DNA of 63,246 bases, the filler included. It is 3 parts of 3 records of this genome, joined end to end, with 100 filler letters (N's around TTAATTAATTAA, not from the genome) between each part and the next. Parts side by side here need not be neighbours in the genome. Positions count along the whole stretch, not along the records: positions 31,588 to 57,829 come from SRR20825006_2875; 2 more parts are not named here. One strand, 5' to 3'. The notes under the pieces were generated by a model. It was not told the DNA's origin, ran no database searches, and saw nothing but the letters and a program-made list of their open reading frames with translations. Position numbers and translations under genes: made by a program. Shown here in pieces: positions 40,933 through 49,742 of this stretch; within the stretch, counting starts at the first letter, position 1; every line of letters begins with the position of its first letter.

Positions 40933-41672
40933 CCGAAGAAACCCAACACGCTTCGCGCCCGCTCTGGTTGCGCCTGTGGCCCCTCTACCTGATTGCGGGT
41001 GGCCTGATCGCCGCATGGTTCTTCGGCCTGTTCGACTATCTTTCGCTTGAGACACTGCGCCAGCAGCAGGCCTCGCTACGCGCGTTCGTTGAAGACAACC
41101 TGATCCTGGCCATTGCCGCCTATGTGGGCGTCTATGCAGCCAGCACAGTCTTCATGCTGCCCGGCGCACTGTGGATCACGATCAGTGGGGGCTTCCTGTT
41201 CGGCCTCGCCGGCGGCACGCTCGCCACCGTGGTGGGCGCAACCCTCGGCGCCAGCCTGCTCTTCCTGGCAGCAAAGACTTCGCTGGGCAGCTTCATGCGG
41301 AAGATCGCAAGCGGCTATGCCGACAAGGTCCGGACCGAATTCCAGAACAGCCCCATGGCCTATATGTTTGCCATGCGCTTCATTCCGGCCATGCCGTTCC
41401 CTGTCGCCAATATCCTGCCTGCCATCCTCGGCGCCAAGTATCGTGATTATGCCATCACGACGGCGCTCGGCATCATACCGGGTGTGATCGCCTATACATG
41501 GGTCGGCGCAGGGCTCGGCGCGACCTTCGCCAAGGGCGAAGATCCCGATCTTGCCTCCGTTTTCCAGAACCTGCTTCCCGCCGCGATCGCCCTGGGCGTT
41601 GTGTCCCTGTTACCCGTCGCGTGGAAGAAGTTCTTTCCCAAGAAGGCCAACCAGATTGAAGAGGCTGCCTGA
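40929..41672 (+). CDS. TVP38/TMEM64 (VTT/DedA) family membrane protein
   Basis: LPG, GGFLFG, GATLGA, RFIP..PF..AN, GIIPG. Confidence 0.88.
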   Translation: MTEETQHASRPLWLRLWPLYLIAGGLIAAWFFGLFDYLSLETLRQQQASLRAFVEDNLILAIAAYVGVYAASTVFMLPGALWITISGGFLFGLAGGTLATVVGATLGASLLFLAAKTSLGSFMRKIASGYADKVRTEFQNSPMAYMFAMRFIPAMPFPVANILPAILGAKYRDYAITTALGIIPGVIAYTWVGAGLGATFAKGEDPDLASVFQNLLPAAIALGVVSLLPVAWKKFFPKKANQIEEAA

Positions 41673-43204
41673 TGTCCGACAATGCCGACCAAAATGCCCG
41701 TGCACCGCTCGCCGGATCGGCGGATCCAGACAAGGTCGCGACCTCCCCTGCGCCGCATTCGCCGGGCGCCGCCCCGATGCGCGAGATGAAAGCCGATCTT
41801 GTCGTTATCGGCGCTGGGTCAGCTGGCCTGTCGGCTGCGGCTGGTGCAGCCCAGTTCGGGCTCTCGGTCGTGCTGTATGAAAAAGGCGAGATGGGAGGTG
41901 ATTGCCTGAATTCCGGCTGTGTCCCGTCGAAAGCCCTGCTCAGCGCTGCCAAGGCCGCCGCCCATGTGCGCGAGGCTGGCAAGTTCGGTATCGAGACCAC
42001 ACCGCCAAGAATCGATTGGGAAAAGGTGAAGTTGCACGTGCGCACGTCCATCGCGACCATTGCGCCGGTTGATAGTCAGGAACGATTTGAAGGCCTTGGC
42101 TGCACGGTTATCCGCGAACATGCAAAGTTTGCCAGCCCGGACACCGTTATCTCCCCGACCACGCGGGTAAAGGCCCGGCGCATCATCATCGCCACAGGAT
42201 CTCGTGCCTTCATTCCGCCAATCGAAGGACTCGCCAACACACCCTACCTGACCAATGAAACCATTTTCGACCTGCCGGACTTTCCCGAACACCTTGTCAT
42301 CCTCGGCGGCGGTCCAATCGGGATGGAAATGGCGCAAGCCTTTGTCCGGCTCGGTGCCAAGGTCACCGTGATCGAGATGGGCAAGGCACTCGGTCGATCC
42401 GACCGTGCCCACGCCGAGATCGCCATCGAAGCCCTGCGCGCCGAAGGCGTCACTCTTCTGGAAGGTTACAAGGCTACGAAGGTTGAACAGGACGGAAAGA
42501 CCATCCGCGTCCACACAGAGCCAAAGGACGGCGAGGCCTGGATGGTCGAAGGATCACACCTGCTCGTCGCCGTCGGTCGCCAGACCGTTTTTGACGGCAT
42601 GGATCTCGACAAGGGCGACGTCGATCATGACCGAAAGGGCATTATTGTCGGCGACAATTTACGGTCAGCCTCAAACCGCCGGGTCTGGGCGCTGGGCGAT
42701 GCCGCCGGCCGCGAACAATTCACGCATATCGCTGGCTGGCACGCCTCAGTTTTTGCCCGCCGCGCCTTCTTCAAGCAGCGGACAAAAGCAGACAGCCTGC
42801 CGGTGCCCGCCGTCACCTACACATCGCCGGAAGTCGCCCAGCTGGGTCTGACAGAAGCCGAAGCCCGCGAAAAGCATGGAGACGATATCACGACGCCGAG
42901 CTTCCAATTCGAGGAGAGCGACCGCGCCATTGCCGAAGCTGACACAGAAGGCGAAGTGAAACTGATTGTGTGCAAAGGCAAACTGCTCGGTGCGTCAATC
43001 GTCGGCAAGGAGGCCGGAGACTTGCTTCAACTGGTTTCTGTGGCCATGTCCAATGGACTTGGCGTGAAGGAACTGACCAATTTCATCTCTCCTTACCCTA
43101 CCCGGGCCGAAGGGGTGAAACGCGCTGCCAATGCGCACTATGCCGATGTTGTGTTCGGAAAGAGCGCAAAGCGACTCGTCGGCTTGCTCCAACGTATCCC
43201 CTAG
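41672..43204 (+). CDS. Class I pyridine nucleotide-disulfide oxidoreductase (dihydrolipoamide dehydrogenase-like)
   Basis: VIGAGSAG, GGDCLNSGCVPSK, LGGGPIG.E, ATG, YPT; true start may lie further downstream. Confidence 0.88.
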   Translation: MSDNADQNARAPLAGSADPDKVATSPAPHSPGAAPMREMKADLVVIGAGSAGLSAAAGAAQFGLSVVLYEKGEMGGDCLNSGCVPSKALLSAAKAAAHVREAGKFGIETTPPRIDWEKVKLHVRTSIATIAPVDSQERFEGLGCTVIREHAKFASPDTVISPTTRVKARRIIIATGSRAFIPPIEGLANTPYLTNETIFDLPDFPEHLVILGGGPIGMEMAQAFVRLGAKVTVIEMGKALGRSDRAHAEIAIEALRAEGVTLLEGYKATKVEQDGKTIRVHTEPKDGEAWMVEGSHLLVAVGRQTVFDGMDLDKGDVDHDRKGIIVGDNLRSASNRRVWALGDAAGREQFTHIAGWHASVFARRAFFKQRTKADSLPVPAVTYTSPEVAQLGLTEAEAREKHGDDITTPSFQFEESDRAIAEADTEGEVKLIVCKGKLLGASIVGKEAGDLLQLVSVAMSNGLGVKELTNFISPYPTRAEGVKRAANAHYADVVFGKSAKRLVGLLQRIP

Positions 43205-43219
43205 GCTAGTTCAGGCGGT

Positions 43220-44647
43220 GTGAACGACACCGCCGACCTGCCCCCGCCGGCTCTGACGAAAACCCGCGCCGGGGCGCGCTGGTTCGACAGCCTCTCATTT
43301 CGATTGTTTGGCCTGACCATACTCGCCATTCTGGTCGTCGAAGCCTTCATCTTTGTGCCGAGTGCATCCGGTTTCCGTACGAGCTGGCTGACCGAACGCG
43401 TTCAAGCCGCCCGGATCGCATCCCTCGCCCTCGAAGCTGCGCCGGACCGATCGGTTTCCGAAGAATTGTCGGCAGAGCTCCTCAAATATGCCGAAGTCTG
43501 GGCCGTCACCGAAATGGAAGACGACATGCGTTTCCAGCTATTGCCAGCCCAAATGCCTCTGGATGGCGACATGCATATGCTCGACCTGCGAGAGGCAACA
43601 TCCACGAACCGCGTCGCCAATACGTTTGGCGCGTTCTTCGCACCGGATGACCGTGTGCTGGTCGTCACCGCGCAGGGCGTGAACGAAGACCGGGTCATCG
43701 AAGTTCTGATGCCGCACGCACCGATGAAATCCGCGCTGTTGGCCTATGCACGCCGCATTGCCGCTCTTTCCCTGCTGATCGCACTTGCCGCCGCCACGAT
43801 CATCTATGTCTTGCTCCACCTCCTCGTCGTGCGTCCCATGCAGCGGGTTACGCTGAGCGTCGAACAATTCAGGATGGATCCCGGCTCATGGACCCGTCGC
43901 CTGCCTCACACCAAACGGCGCGACGAAATCGGCAGGGCCCAGAATGCGCTGGCCGACATGGAGAGCGCCGTGGCTGAAAGCTTCCGGCAGCGCTCTCACT
44001 TGGCCGAACTTGGCACCGCAGTGGCCAAGATCAACCATGATCTCCGCAACTCACTGGCATCAGCCCAGCTGGTTTCAGATTCCCTGGCCCGCTCGGACGA
44101 CGTGCGTGTACAGAAGGCTGCCCCCCGACTCGAGCGCGCGCTCACCCGCGCAATCACACTGGCGACCGAAACGCTGGACTATGGCAAGGCGACGCCCCAG
44201 CCGGCAGAACTGGAGCAGGTTGAATTGCGACAGGCGCTCGATGAGGCCGCCGACGAAGCGCTCGCCGCCTGGCCATCGGTCGAGTTCGTCAACAATGTTC
44301 ATATGCTGGAACATGTGATGGCCGATCCTGACCACCTGCATCGCATCGCCGCAAACCTGCTCCGAAATGCCGCCGAAGCCATGTCGGCGGCCGGGTCTGA
44401 CCCTTCCCGCATCTTCGTCAGCTTAGAGACCAATGAAATCGTCTTTTCCGACACGGGTCCTGGCATGCCGGAGAAGGCCGCAGCGAACCTGTTCACCCCG
44501 TTTGCCGGCACGACCCGGCAAACGGGCAGCGGACTTGGGCTTGTCATCGCTAGAGAGCTGGCGCGAGCCATGGGCGGCGAATTGGTCTTGGCTGAAACTG
44601 GCCCCGCGGGCTCGGTCTTTCGCCTCACACTTGCGCCGTACGAATGA
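43220..44647 (+). CDS. HAMP-domain sensor histidine kinase
   Basis: Two TMs, RRDEIG HAMP, HDLRN H-box, NLLRNA, DTGPG, GSGLGL. Confidence 0.92.
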   Translation: MNDTADLPPPALTKTRAGARWFDSLSFRLFGLTILAILVVEAFIFVPSASGFRTSWLTERVQAARIASLALEAAPDRSVSEELSAELLKYAEVWAVTEMEDDMRFQLLPAQMPLDGDMHMLDLREATSTNRVANTFGAFFAPDDRVLVVTAQGVNEDRVIEVLMPHAPMKSALLAYARRIAALSLLIALAAATIIYVLLHLLVVRPMQRVTLSVEQFRMDPGSWTRRLPHTKRRDEIGRAQNALADMESAVAESFRQRSHLAELGTAVAKINHDLRNSLASAQLVSDSLARSDDVRVQKAAPRLERALTRAITLATETLDYGKATPQPAELEQVELRQALDEAADEALAAWPSVEFVNNVHMLEHVMADPDHLHRIAANLLRNAAEAMSAAGSDPSRIFVSLETNEIVFSDTGPGMPEKAAANLFTPFAGTTRQTGSGLGLVIARELARAMGGELVLAETGPAGSVFRLTLAPYE

Positions 44648-44710
44648 CACATCCCGACACATTTGCTGGAACCAAGCCGGGGTGAATGCATTGGTCCACC
44701 AGATAGCTGG

Positions 44711-45202
44711 ATGGACACCATGACCCCCGAAACCATTGTTTCTACTTTATTTTCAACAGGCGCTGCGGCCGCTGCAGGACTGGCTGTTGTGCTACAGCCG
44801 AGCCTGCCCCGGCCTGACGTGACGCCGGTGGATCATTTTCAGGAAGCCGACTTTGCCATCTATGATCGCGACTTCTCCCTTCAGGGGCGCGACTGCGAGA
44901 TTGGCATTGAGAAACGTGGCATCTGCCTTAGCGCATCGCCGCTGGAAGATTCCATCGTTCCCGGCATGATACTGCCTGTAAAAGTCCCTGCGACGAGTGC
45001 TGAGTTTCCAATCATTCTCGAGGGTTCCCTGAAAAAGCCGAACCTCCAGACCGTGCGATTCGGCCACCGCATCGCGCTCTTTAACCCGACCACGCGCGAA
45101 ATCGTCGACGTGATGGATCTGGATGCGAAGAGTTTTGCGGAAGCCAAGAATATCAATCACCAGAAAGCCGAGGTAACAGCCGCATCTGCGCGCTCCAGCT
45201 AG
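44711..45202 (+). CDS. Hypothetical protein, possibly RcnB/DUF1236-like
   Basis: Hydrophobic N-terminus; C-x9-C segment followed by PG..LP and ...TREIVDV; start uncertain. Confidence 0.55.
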   Translation: MDTMTPETIVSTLFSTGAAAAAGLAVVLQPSLPRPDVTPVDHFQEADFAIYDRDFSLQGRDCEIGIEKRGICLSASPLEDSIVPGMILPVKVPATSAEFPIILEGSLKKPNLQTVRFGHRIALFNPTTREIVDVMDLDAKSFAEAKNINHQKAEVTAASARSS

Positions 45203-45227
45203 AAACGTCCGCCCAAAACAGCCCCAT

Positions 45228-45260
45228 AAAAAAGCCAGCCCCGAAAGGCTGGCTTTTCTT
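45228..45260. terminator. Bidirectional rho-independent terminator
   Basis: AAAAAAGCCAGCC-CCGAAA-GGCTGGCTTTT between convergent genes. Confidence 0.85.
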
Positions 45261-45277
45261 TGTCGAGAGAAACCGGA

Positions 45278-45418
45278 CTAGTTGGTTTCGTCTTCGAGTT
45301 CGTCTGCAGCGTCGTCAATTTCTTCACCGAGTTCTTCAGCAGGGCCCTCATTGGTGTCGCAGGCTGCGAGACCGAATGCGCCAAGACCGAACAGAATTGC
45401 AATAAGTGGCTTTTTCAT
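45278..45418 (-). CDS. Small acidic lipoprotein (46 aa)
   Basis: MKKPLIAILFGLGAFGLAAC lipobox, then DTNEGPAEELGEEIDDAADELEDETN; ends just before the terminator. Confidence 0.75.
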   Translation of the reverse strand: MKKPLIAILFGLGAFGLAACDTNEGPAEELGEEIDDAADELEDETN

Positions 45419-45511
45419 TTCCATAACTCCTTTATCAGTCAGCCCCCAGAGCGAAGGCGTCCCCCTGCAAACGTATGTGTGGGAGTCTGGTTCCAACGGA
45501 GCAGGATTGGT

Positions 45512-46171
45512 TTGACATCCCCCTACACACCCCCGGCCGAAATGCCGACGATCCTTCATGTCGATGACTGGCTGATCGTCGCGGAGAAACCGGCCGAACT
45601 GCTCTCTGTTCCAGGGCGTGGTCCGGAAAAGGCCGACTGCGCGCGCACACGTATCCAGCAAACCTATCCCGACGCGCTGACCGTCCACCGCCTGGACATG
45701 TCGACGAGTGGCTTGTTGCTGTTTGCCAGATCCAAGCATGTGCAGCGCGCATTGTCCGCTGAATTTGAACAAGGTCGTGTGCACAAGACCTACCTCGCCG
45801 ATGTTTGGCAGCCGCCCGTCGAGTATTCCGGCCTGATTGACTTGCCGCTTGTGAATGACTGGCCCAACCGGCCTCGCCAGAAAGTGGACCATGAAACAGG
45901 AAAGCCGAGCCAGACCAGATTTCAGGTCCTGACGCGCCACGCACAAGCAGCACGGGTTCAGCTGACACCCCTCACCGGTCGAACTCACCAGCTCCGCGTC
46001 CATCTTGCCGCGCTGGGGCATCCAATCCTGGGCGATGACCTCTATGCCCATGATGATGCCTTGTACATGACCTCCCGGCTGCACTTGCACGCGACCGAGT
46101 TGATCTTCCGCCATCCGGGCACCGACGCGGCAGTAACCTACCAATCCCCCTGCCCATTCGAGACGCCTTGA
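45512..46171 (+). CDS. rluA: RluA family pseudouridine synthase
   Basis: Y.PP N-terminus, KP..LLSVPG, VHRLDMSTSGL, TGRTHQLRVH, LHLHA; TTG start inferred. Confidence 0.9.
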   Translation: MTSPYTPPAEMPTILHVDDWLIVAEKPAELLSVPGRGPEKADCARTRIQQTYPDALTVHRLDMSTSGLLLFARSKHVQRALSAEFEQGRVHKTYLADVWQPPVEYSGLIDLPLVNDWPNRPRQKVDHETGKPSQTRFQVLTRHAQAARVQLTPLTGRTHQLRVHLAALGHPILGDDLYAHDDALYMTSRLHLHATELIFRHPGTDAAVTYQSPCPFETP

Positions 46172-46183
46172 CGCTGCGCATAA

Positions 46184-46207
46184 TTGACATTATCGTTTTT
46201 CGATAAT
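46184..46207 (+). promoter_or_regulatory. Candidate operator: TTGACA abutting the palindrome ATTATCG-N5-CGATAAT
   Basis: Perfect 7-bp inverted repeat in an AT-rich intergenic gap, 13 nt before the ATG of 46221. Confidence 0.45.
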
Positions 46208-46220
46208 TTGGAGATTAGCC

Positions 46221-46649
46221 ATGCACGCCGAGATCGTTCGCCTGTCCCTGCACCATGTCGATATCAAGATCGTGAAAGATGAGCAGATGCACGTCCTTCA
46301 ATGGCGACGGAACCTGCTCTGGGATGAAGTCCTGCTGGACGGCAAACGCCAGGCATCCAGCCATGGGCTGTTCGGTCGGGAGAAAGTATACGGCCTGGTC
46401 TTTGGCCGGGATGAAGAGGGCAAAGGCGGCCAGCAGGTCATGCTGTTGCTCGATCCCTCCACTCATGCCGACTGGACCGAAGGCACACAGCGCGTCAAAG
46501 GCGTCCGGCTTGAGGGTCGCGATGGTCCGCTCGTCGCTTACGGAACACTCGACCCCAAGACACTCGAAAAGCCTGCAACATTTGCAGATTGGATGAAGAA
46601 GAATATGGGTATGGAATGGGGCGACTCAGCCGAGAGCCGCCCTCATTAG
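46221..46649 (+). CDS. Hypothetical protein
   Basis: GGAG RBS; 142-aa ORF filling the gap with host-like codon usage. Confidence 0.7.
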   Translation: MHAEIVRLSLHHVDIKIVKDEQMHVLQWRRNLLWDEVLLDGKRQASSHGLFGREKVYGLVFGRDEEGKGGQQVMLLLDPSTHADWTEGTQRVKGVRLEGRDGPLVAYGTLDPKTLEKPATFADWMKKNMGMEWGDSAESRPH

Positions 46650-46655
46650 GAACTT

Positions 46656-47126
46656 CTAGGAATCCCGCGAGTTCGCGGAAACCGGAACGAGACGGACCGT
46701 CGCTTTCCGGTTCAACGGCTCGACCAGGCCATTGGCCGCATAGGCGCTGGCCTCGCCTTTCGGCATGACACCAATCTGCTCAGCAGAAATCCGGCGGGCT
46801 TCCAGAGCAGCCATGACAGCTTCGGCACGGTCCTCGGAAACACGCTGATTGACGTCTTCCGGACCGGTCGCATCTGCATGGCCGGCGACTTCAATCCGGA
46901 AGTATTCACACTGAGCTGAATCCGCAGCCACAGCATCCAGAACCGCTTCAGCCTGATCGCCAAGCCGGGTAACACCCCGCTCGAAATAGATCGTGAATTC
47001 CTCGACAGCGCAGGCAGCGGGGGCCGTTTCAAACGTGACCGGCTCCTGCGGCGGAGCGGGCAATTCTGCTTGGGCCGCCAGGGCTGCCATTGCGGCAGAA
47101 ATTATTGTCAGGCTGGCGATTTTCAT
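46656..47126 (-). CDS. OmpA C-terminal (peptidoglycan-binding) domain protein
   Basis: Signal peptide; IYF, GHAD..G....N.R.S..RA, GE, NR; GGAGA RBS. Confidence 0.88.
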   Translation of the reverse strand: MKIASLTIISAAMAALAAQAELPAPPQEPVTFETAPAACAVEEFTIYFERGVTRLGDQAEAVLDAVAADSAQCEYFRIEVAGHADATGPEDVNQRVSEDRAEAVMAALEARRISAEQIGVMPKGEASAYAANGLVEPLNRKATVRLVPVSANSRDS

Positions 47127-47182
47127 GGTCGTCTCCATAAGTGACTATGCAAACAGAAACGCCACCTCCCCCGCCCGGTTCC

Positions 47183-49624
47183 TCACAATCTTTTCTTTGT
47201 GCGCCCCTCATGGGCCTTCGCCAAGGCCGGATCGGACGGCCAGTCATGCTTCGGATACCGCCCGCGCATGTCCTTGGCCATGTCCAGATAGCCCGCCCCC
47301 CAGAACCGGCCGAGATCCTGTGTCGTGGCGACAGGTTTCATGCCCGGCGATAGCATTTCCACGGTTACCGGCACCCGCCCCGAAGCCAGTTTCGGGTGGT
47401 CACCCAACCCATAAAAAGCCTGCGCCCGCGCAGATATGAGCGGCGCGCGATCATCGAGATAATCGACCTGCGCCGTCTGGCCGGAGGGCAGCGACAGGCT
47501 GAGCGGTGCCTCCTTGCGCAGCGCCTCCTGCACCTGCCAATCGAGCGAGGCGATCAGGGCTTCGCGCACCGCATGGGGCGCAGGCACCTGCGCACCTTTC
47601 CGTTTCAACAGGGGGAACAACCAGCCGCTTGCCGTCTCAACCAGTTTCACTGTGTTCCAACCCGTTTCATCCAGGCACCCGGCTGTTTCAAGCATTGCAA
47701 TCCGGGCCAGTGTTTCGCGCACCACATCGCCTGCGCCGATGGCTTCGAAGCCCTCTTCCGCAATTGCCTCGAGCATCGCGCGCGCTGCCACAGTCGGGCT
47801 CGGCTTTGGCAGCGGACTTTCCGACAGGATGATCGCGCCGAGCGCCTTCACCCGCCGCGCGGCAAATTTTCCGGTCTTTGGGTCGAAGGTCGCCCGGTCT
47901 TCGGAGACGATGCCGCCAATTTCCAGCGCGTCCGCCTCTGAAATCGGCGCGGCCAGCGAGATACGCGCCTCTTTCGCTGCGCCGCCAAGGTCTGCAATCA
48001 CCAGCCAATCCTGCTTCGCCAGCGCTTCGGTCTCCGGCAGCATGGCTGCGCGCCCTGACGCCATGAGGTAGCTGCCCGCACTGCCGGGGCGCTTGCGGGC
48101 AATCTGGTCCGGCCAGGCGCGCGCCAGAAGTTTCGCCACATCCCCGCCCGGCGCAGCCCCCTTCCCCCAGCTTTTCGCCTGCGCCTTCAGGCTGCGGGCG
48201 CGTGGCGAACCATCGCGGCGGAACCCGGCCAGCCGGTCGCGCAGATCCGGTGAATTTCCGCCCATGCCCCGTTCCCCGGCAAGAGCCGCAATCTCCGCCG
48301 CCAGCGCGCGCGCTTCCGCGTTCGGAGCGCTCGCCACCAGGGCACCAAGCCGGGGCGGCAAGGGCAGGCGAGCCATTTCAGAGCCAAGCACCGTCAACGC
48401 GCCCGTTTCATCAATGGCACCTAACGTCGAGAGCAGTTCCTGCGCCGCCTTCAGCCGTCCAGCAGGCGGCGCATCCATCCAGGTCAGGCGCGTTGCGTCT
48501 CGCTCGCCCCATTCCGCGAGGGTGAGGACGAGCCCGGAGAGATCACTTTTCAGAATTTCCGGAACCGGCGCGGCCATCAGGCCCCGCGTCGCCGCCTCAT
48601 CCCATAACCGATAACAGACACCCGGCGACAATCGCCCCGCCCGGCCGCGACGCTGATCAACTGACGCACGCGAGGCCTTCACGGTGGACAAACGCGTCCC
48701 CAGCCCGCCGGCGGCCTCTTCCGCCACGCGCGAGAGGCCGGAATCGATCACGATCCGCACGCCTTCAATGGTCAGCGCGCTCTCCGCAATATCCGTCGCC
48801 AGCACAATCTTGCGCATTCCTTCCGGCGCCGGTGACACGGCCGCATCCTGCTCTGCCGGGCTCAATGCGCCGAACAGAGGGGCCACGCGCACATTGTCAG
48901 GCACGGTCTCTAGCTGTTCGGCCGTTCGCTGGATTTCCCGCGCGCCGGGCAGGAAGGCGAGGATCGAGCCCTCCTCTTCGCGCAGCGCCTTGCGCACAGC
49001 AGCTGCCATACGGTCTTCGATCCGGTCCTGCGACCGGCCGAGATATTTCGACTCCACGGGATATTGCCGCCCCTGACTCTCCACGACCGGAGCCCCGAGC
49101 ACGCTGGATACCTTTTCCGTATCGAGCGTGGCCGACATGATCAGGATTCTCAGATCGTCGCGCAAAGCGCCCTGGGCTTCCATCGCCAGCGTCAGTCCCA
49201 AATCCGAATTCAGCCTACGCTCGTGGAATTCGTCAAAGATCACCGCGCCGACGCCTGCCAATTCCGGGTCGGAAAGGATGCGCCGCGTGAACAGGCCATC
49301 CGTAATCACCTCCACCCGCGTCGCCGCAGACACTTTCCGGTCCACCCTTGTCGTCAGGCCGACCGACTGGCCGAGCTTCTCTCCAAGAGAATTTGCCATT
49401 TGCTGCGCCGCCATGCGCGCCGCAATGCGCCGTGGCTCCAGCATGATGATCTTGCCTTCAATGATGGGGGCTTCGCCGAGCAGGCCCGCCAGCGCCAGGG
49501 GCACGCGCGTCGTCTTGCCTGCGCCGGGCGGCGCCGCGAGCACAAGCCGCGCATGGTCGCGCAGGCCCGCGCAGATTTCGGCCAGCACATCATCAATCGG
49601 CAAGGAGGGCAGGGAAGACTGCAT
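47183..49624 (-). CDS. hrpB: ATP-dependent helicase HrpB
   Basis: APPGAGKTT, DEFHER, MSATL, QRRGRAGR, C-terminal GRYPKH.WP. Confidence 0.95.
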   Translation of the reverse strand: MQSSLPSLPIDDVLAEICAGLRDHARLVLAAPPGAGKTTRVPLALAGLLGEAPIIEGKIIMLEPRRIAARMAAQQMANSLGEKLGQSVGLTTRVDRKVSAATRVEVITDGLFTRRILSDPELAGVGAVIFDEFHERRLNSDLGLTLAMEAQGALRDDLRILIMSATLDTEKVSSVLGAPVVESQGRQYPVESKYLGRSQDRIEDRMAAAVRKALREEEGSILAFLPGAREIQRTAEQLETVPDNVRVAPLFGALSPAEQDAAVSPAPEGMRKIVLATDIAESALTIEGVRIVIDSGLSRVAEEAAGGLGTRLSTVKASRASVDQRRGRAGRLSPGVCYRLWDEAATRGLMAAPVPEILKSDLSGLVLTLAEWGERDATRLTWMDAPPAGRLKAAQELLSTLGAIDETGALTVLGSEMARLPLPPRLGALVASAPNAEARALAAEIAALAGERGMGGNSPDLRDRLAGFRRDGSPRARSLKAQAKSWGKGAAPGGDVAKLLARAWPDQIARKRPGSAGSYLMASGRAAMLPETEALAKQDWLVIADLGGAAKEARISLAAPISEADALEIGGIVSEDRATFDPKTGKFAARRVKALGAIILSESPLPKPSPTVAARAMLEAIAEEGFEAIGAGDVVRETLARIAMLETAGCLDETGWNTVKLVETASGWLFPLLKRKGAQVPAPHAVREALIASLDWQVQEALRKEAPLSLSLPSGQTAQVDYLDDRAPLISARAQAFYGLGDHPKLASGRVPVTVEMLSPGMKPVATTQDLGRFWGAGYLDMAKDMRGRYPKHDWPSDPALAKAHEGRTKKRL

Positions 49625-49742
49625 CCTGCCTGATAGGCTTTTCATCATCCGACTGGCAAGCTGCAGGAATGCGCACCGCGCGATTGCCTTCCCCGGCAGC
49701 GCGCCGTACCGTCGGGCGCTACAGACGGGGCAGGAGCAGCTT

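Noticed and set aside
41672..43204. Possible mercuric reductase merA
   Set aside because: No C-terminal Cys-Cys, no NmerA domain and no merR/T/P neighbours
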